Source of the DNA: a virus
IMG/VR virus record: IMGVR_UViG_3300042260_000483
Location: 22,090-86,089 of that record
DNA: 64,000 nt
Reading direction: 5' to 3' (one strand)
Shown: one piece after another, positions 59,891-64,000 of the stretch
Layout of the letters: the number at the start of each line of letters is the position of its first letter
Numbering within the stretch: the stretch's first letter is position 1
Position numbers and translations under genes: made by a program
Notes under the pieces: model-generated
What the model was told of the DNA's origin: nothing
What the model saw: only the letters and a program-made list of their open reading frames with translations
The model's database searches: none

Positions 59891-61063
59891 CTAAAATTGA
59901 AAAAATTTATTTAACATTTTTTTATTTACAATATTATTATTACGCATTTCTGAAATAGGTTGTAATAATTCATCATATCCTTCTATTGGGTTTCCAACAT
60001 ATTCATGACAATATGATGCTCTTAATTTCAACATTGTATATGCATTTTTTTGTAAATTTTTATCAGTTCGGATTTTACCATTAAATGGTGTTGGTTTCCA
60101 ATTTGGATTATTTTCTCTATATTCACCTAATGCAGGATTTACTGTTTTAGTATAATATTTTGCATTAGTATTTTTTATAATTCCTGCACAAAATTCAGAT
60201 ACTTTACTACCAATACCCATTCCTTGATAATCTGGATTAACTACAATCCTGCTTTCTCTAAAAGATTTTTCTACACTATTTCTACCAATATGTCTTCCAA
60301 TTACATTTATTGCAACGGGGTTACCATTCCATTCAAACAATAAAAAAATGTAAGTGTTATTTACATTTTCTGTTAGATAATGATGTTTTTTGAAGAAATC
60401 CCAAGCTTTAGGTTCAACCCTACTAATTTGAAGTTCGATGTTTGGTCTTCCTTGCCGAAGCCATTCACCTCTTTCGAGTGTGCCTCCTTTTTGGGGTGAA
60501 AGTGTCCAATCAGGCATCAACCACTGCATTATATCGTTATGACACGATGCTAGAATAATCTTTTTATTTTCTCTACGAATATATTTTTGTAATGCAAACG
60601 ACATTGCCTTTGCAACATCTCTATCTACTACTGATGTATATTCATCTATTAAAATAGTATCGCCATCTTTTGCAGAAGAAACTAAATATGCTAATTCAGC
60701 TCTATATTGTTCTCCGTTACTTAATAAGTGAAAAGGACGTAACCATGTTGGTATGGATGATAATCCCATTGATGTTAAAACCTTTCCTGCTTCACTCGGT
60801 TCTAACCAATCAAAATTTGAAATTAATGATTTTTCACTATCAAACTGAATTTTATTGATACCACCTAATTCTTTTAATATAGTAGATTTACCACTACCAC
60901 TGCTACCATAAATGACACCAATATTCCAATCAAATGAGTTTAGAGATGAAATATCCATTGGAATAATTACTCTCGTTTCCTCTTTGTTTTGAATATCAAA
61001 TGTATCATACACATATTGTGTGTATTTATCATTTTTGATTGAATGTGATAATTCTATTTGCAT
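59891..61063 (-). CDS. ABC-type ATPase fused to a GNAT acetyltransferase
   Basis: GSSGSGKST, LSNGE, IDEY and SCH; HHYL and RIVVNPDYQGMGIG. Confidence 0.85.
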   Translation of the reverse strand: MQIELSHSIKNDKYTQYVYDTFDIQNKEETRVIIPMDISSLNSFDWNIGVIYGSSGSGKSTILKELGGINKIQFDSEKSLISNFDWLEPSEAGKVLTSMGLSSIPTWLRPFHLLSNGEQYRAELAYLVSSAKDGDTILIDEYTSVVDRDVAKAMSFALQKYIRRENKKIILASCHNDIMQWLMPDWTLSPQKGGTLERGEWLRQGRPNIELQISRVEPKAWDFFKKHHYLTENVNNTYIFLLFEWNGNPVAINVIGRHIGRNSVEKSFRESRIVVNPDYQGMGIGSKVSEFCAGIIKNTNAKYYTKTVNPALGEYRENNPNWKPTPFNGKIRTDKNLQKNAYTMLKLRASYCHEYVGNPIEGYDELLQPISEMRNNNIVNKKMLNKFFQF

Positions 61064-61067
61064 TTAA

Positions 61068-62300
61068 TTACATTTTACGAAATATCCATATCGGCTCACA
61101 GAATGTTTTATCTTTGGCTTCTTCGTTCTTTTTCAATTCTTCTTCGGAATATCTTTCTTCATCACCATCTATAATCATTCCTGCCCCGGCAGAACCCGGT
61201 CTTTTGGCCATTTCCATACCCAAACACCCTTGATACTCTGCACCTTCTAAAGTGGAGATAAAATCGTTCATAGGGTTGGTAATTTCTTGTTGTCCTTTAC
61301 CATCACCTTTTGATGATGCGTAGACATCTGCAATGTTCACTGCTAAGTAACCACCTTTTTTAATAGTAGGCCAAACATTAGCAATTGTCTTATGTAAGAA
61401 GTTTTTATTCCATTCATCGATTGTTTTATATCGAACCCAACTTTGAGTATCATCGTATGAATATCTCTCTACGTTGAAATATGGAGGTGAGCTGAATACA
61501 ATATCAAAATATTCTTTATACTCACTCAAATCTAAATCTTCAGCAGGGGATTCATAAAAGGTTGATTTCTTTTTGGTTTCAAAAAATCCATTATGTTTTT
61601 CGTAAAAATCTGCTTGTTCTCTATAAATTGGATGATTTTCAGTACGAGGGTCTATACCCACAAAATGTTCTCCAAATTCAGATGCATAAAAACCACATAA
61701 TCTATCACCCCATCCTGCAGAAATATCTAATACGTTTTTTGCTTCAACGTAATCATATAATACTTTTGCAACATTTGGTTTAAATTGCGAACAAATATAC
61801 TTTCGTAGGGATAAGCAAGTTCTTAGTGTGTTTTTGGTAATTTCATCAAACTTTAAGGTATATAATCCACCCATAAGTGAGAACATAAAATCAGGGTTAT
61901 TCCAAGTACGGTATGGCCCAGGCGAGACCGTTCCATCTACACTCCAACGATTTGCTTGTTGAAAGTAATTAGATGCGGCGTTACCTGTGTTAATACGTCT
62001 TACAAATTGATTTTTTCCTTGAAATGTTAAGGGATATCGAGATTCGGCTGCCTTTCGTGGCACCCAATCACCTTCTGTAAAAAGTTCTTGCCATCTGAAA
62101 CCTTTTAGTTTAAGATATTCTTTTCTTGCTTCTTCTTCGGTGATATCAGCATATGGGATTTCATATGTTGCTGCTACTCTTGCTAGAGATTCTTTTACAT
62201 CTTCTCTATCAAATGTTTTTTTGATGTAACTCCATTCTTCTTTGTTAATATGAAGATACGGGAGCATATCATAGAATTTATCAAAGTATTCTAAATACAT
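61068..62300 (-). CDS. DNA amino-methyltransferase-like protein (paralog of 48151-49785)
   Basis: LDISAGWGDR, GIDP, FSSPPYF..E.YS and EPIW.F. Confidence 0.8.
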   Translation of the reverse strand: MYLEYFDKFYDMLPYLHINKEEWSYIKKTFDREDVKESLARVAATYEIPYADITEEEARKEYLKLKGFRWQELFTEGDWVPRKAAESRYPLTFQGKNQFVRRINTGNAASNYFQQANRWSVDGTVSPGPYRTWNNPDFMFSLMGGLYTLKFDEITKNTLRTCLSLRKYICSQFKPNVAKVLYDYVEAKNVLDISAGWGDRLCGFYASEFGEHFVGIDPRTENHPIYREQADFYEKHNGFFETKKKSTFYESPAEDLDLSEYKEYFDIVFSSPPYFNVERYSYDDTQSWVRYKTIDEWNKNFLHKTIANVWPTIKKGGYLAVNIADVYASSKGDGKGQQEITNPMNDFISTLEGAEYQGCLGMEMAKRPGSAGAGMIIDGDEERYSEEELKKNEEAKDKTFCEPIWIFRKM

Positions 62301-62325
62301 AACCTTTAATTTATTTTATATTTTA

Positions 62326-62357
62326 CAAATATACGAAAAATAATTCACATTTCCAAA
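62326..62357 (-). promoter_or_regulatory. Promoter TTTG-N20-TATATTTG
   Basis: Full consensus match. Confidence 0.75.
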
Positions 62358-62540
62358 TTAAATGTGTGTCCATGTTCTTCGTTTCACTATTTCTTCAATG
62401 TTCCATACGGAAACTTTGAAATTTCGGGCAATGACGTTAGTAGAGAACCCTTTTGAATAGAGTTCTCTTATTATCCTAACTTGTTCGTTTGTAAGTTTTG
62501 CTTTTGGATGATTCTCACCACGTCTATTTGCTATACTCAT
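62358..62540 (-). CDS. Small HTH protein resembling an HNH endonuclease C-terminal DNA-binding domain
   Basis: GENHPKAKLT..QV..IR...IA..F.VS...I..RRTW.HI. Confidence 0.65.
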   Translation of the reverse strand: MSIANRRGENHPKAKLTNEQVRIIRELYSKGFSTNVIARNFKVSVWNIEEIVKRRTWTHI

Positions 62541-62787
62541 TTAATGCGTTTACATATGCCATTTCAGATTGCACTCCGGTAAATCTTCCAATCTCAACAC
62601 CATCTTTTTCAACAATAACCGTAGGAACGGAACGGATTGAATATTTAGATGCTATTTCAAATTGTGAATCTACATCAATGTTTTCAAAATTAATATTATT
62701 AAATTTTGATTTAACATTTTCCATAATAGGTGCCAATACTCTACATGGACCACACCATGCTGCTGAGAATTTTTTTACTTCAATCAT
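62524..62787 (-). CDS. trxA: Thioredoxin
   Basis: WCGPC and SVPT. Confidence 0.92.
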   Translation of the reverse strand: MIEVKKFSAAWCGPCRVLAPIMENVKSKFNNINFENIDVDSQFEIASKYSIRSVPTVIVEKDGVEIGRFTGVQSEMAYVNALNEYSK

Positions 62788-62812
62788 TTTCGTTTCTCCT
62801 TATTTTTTTATT

Positions 62813-64000
62813 TTATCCATCGCATGAAAGACATTCAGGATCCATAGCCTTTGCTGCTATATCACCTCTCAATACTGATTCAGTTCTCATATAATACAAA
62901 GTTTTAACACCTTGTTTCCAAGCTTCTAATGTTACTTGGTTAATCCACTTAGGTTCTGCTGTTGCAGGAAATGCTAAGTTTAATGAAACTGATTGGTCAA
63001 TATATTGTTGTCTAATTCCTGCTTGTCTTACTAAATCTAGTTGATTAATTTCTTTGAATGTTTTGAATACATCCTTTACTCTAAATGTTTTAGCCGAATC
63101 TTCGATTGCAACTTCATCACATTTAACTACTTTACCATTTAGGAAACACCATTGGTCTAATTCACTAATATCCTGAATAGAACCACCATCTGCAAGGATT
63201 TTATCCCATACTTCTTTAGTGTTCAATCCAATTTTTCTTAATACTCTTTCCAATTCACCATTTCTACGGATGAATGTTCCCTTTGATGTTTGTTCGGTAA
63301 ATACATTTGCTGCCCATGGCTCGATTCCGGCAGATACATCACCACTTAATTTAGAATTTGAAACCGTTGGTGCAATTGCACGAAGGTGTGTGTTTCTAAA
63401 TCCGGTATCTTTACACCATAGTGGTTCTCCGTATTCAGTTGCCATATCTCTACTTGCTCTTTCAGATTCAATTTTTAATTGAGAGAAAATCTTACGAGTT
63501 TCAAATTGAGCAACCATACCTTCAAACGGAATACCTCTTTGTTGTAAATAGGTATGCCATCCTAATACACCCAATCCTAATGCTCTACCTTTTTCAGCAG
63601 AACGAACTGAATTTTCGAATCCTCTTAATCCTTTTGCCTTTTGAATAAATTCAGAAAGAACTCCATCTAAAAACCAAGTTGCAGTATATACTAAATCAGT
63701 ATCTTTCCACTCATCGTATTTAGCCAAATTCAATGATGATAAACAACAAACAAATGAATGTGATTCATCGGTGTGTAAAGTAATTTCAGAACAAATGTTC
63801 GTCATAAATACTTTTAAACCATTTTGTTTATATGATTCTGGGTTTTGTTTATTTACATTACCCTTAAAGAAAATATAAGGTTCTCCTGTTGCTTTTCGTT
63901 TCTGAAGTAATTTACCCCATTTTCTACGAGCAACTTCGTCACCATCTTGTAGTTTTCTCATAAACTTATCACCAATAACTGCACATTGATGTAAATTAAG
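62813..64000 (-). CDS. nrdA: Ribonucleotide reductase class I alpha subunit (5' part outside window)
   Basis: TNICSE, APTVSNS, IDQSVS, KTLYY and C-terminal CLSC; frame is open to the window end. Confidence 0.93.
   Translation of the reverse strand, partial: LNLHQCAVIGDKFMRKLQDGDEVARRKWGKLLQKRKATGEPYIFFKGNVNKQNPESYKQNGLKVFMTNICSEITLHTDESHSFVCCLSSLNLAKYDEWKDTDLVYTATWFLDGVLSEFIQKAKGLRGFENSVRSAEKGRALGLGVLGWHTYLQQRGIPFEGMVAQFETRKIFSQLKIESERASRDMATEYGEPLWCKDTGFRNTHLRAIAPTVSNSKLSGDVSAGIEPWAANVFTEQTSKGTFIRRNGELERVLRKIGLNTKEVWDKILADGGSIQDISELDQWCFLNGKVVKCDEVAIEDSAKTFRVKDVFKTFKEINQLDLVRQAGIRQQYIDQSVSLNLAFPATAEPKWINQVTLEAWKQGVKTLYYMRTESVLRGDIAAKAMDPECLSCDG

Overview
AT-rich window from a large lytic dsDNA phage with T4-like replication genes. 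All credible genes lie on the minus strand. Core genes are family B DNA polymerase, sliding clamp, clamp loader, NrdA, thioredoxin, GroEL/GroES and a GH19 endolysin. The host is very probably Bacteroidota: there are 16 intergenic TT(T/A)G-N20-TAnnTT(T/A)G promoters, a DUF4494-like gene and T9SS-tail-like domains. Accessory blocks, in window order: (i) a MoxR AAA plus VWA pair among small promoter-led cassettes; (ii) CysC, a nucleotidyltransferase, an amidinotransferase and SGNH-like genes; (iii) an array at about 13.7-22 kb whose proteins share an M(I)KL.D(I/L)L.E leader and ESVNE-type linkers, suggesting capsid-packaged, protease-processed cargo or polyproteins; (iv) a roughly 9 kb envelope module (CsgG-like protein, beta-barrel, two cohesin/dockerin proteins, one with a C-type lectin, and T9SS-CTD-like lipoproteins) surrounding the lysis genes; (v) a glycosyltransferase island; (vi) a candidate new cytosine-hypermodification operon (dCMP-type thymidylate-synthase homologue, AsnB-like amidotransferase, PLP enzyme) next to an ATPase-GNAT fusion, methyltransferases and a DUF262-HNH nuclease. 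No tRNA, rRNA or CRISPR array was seen. All assignments come from reading motifs by eye; no database searches were run.
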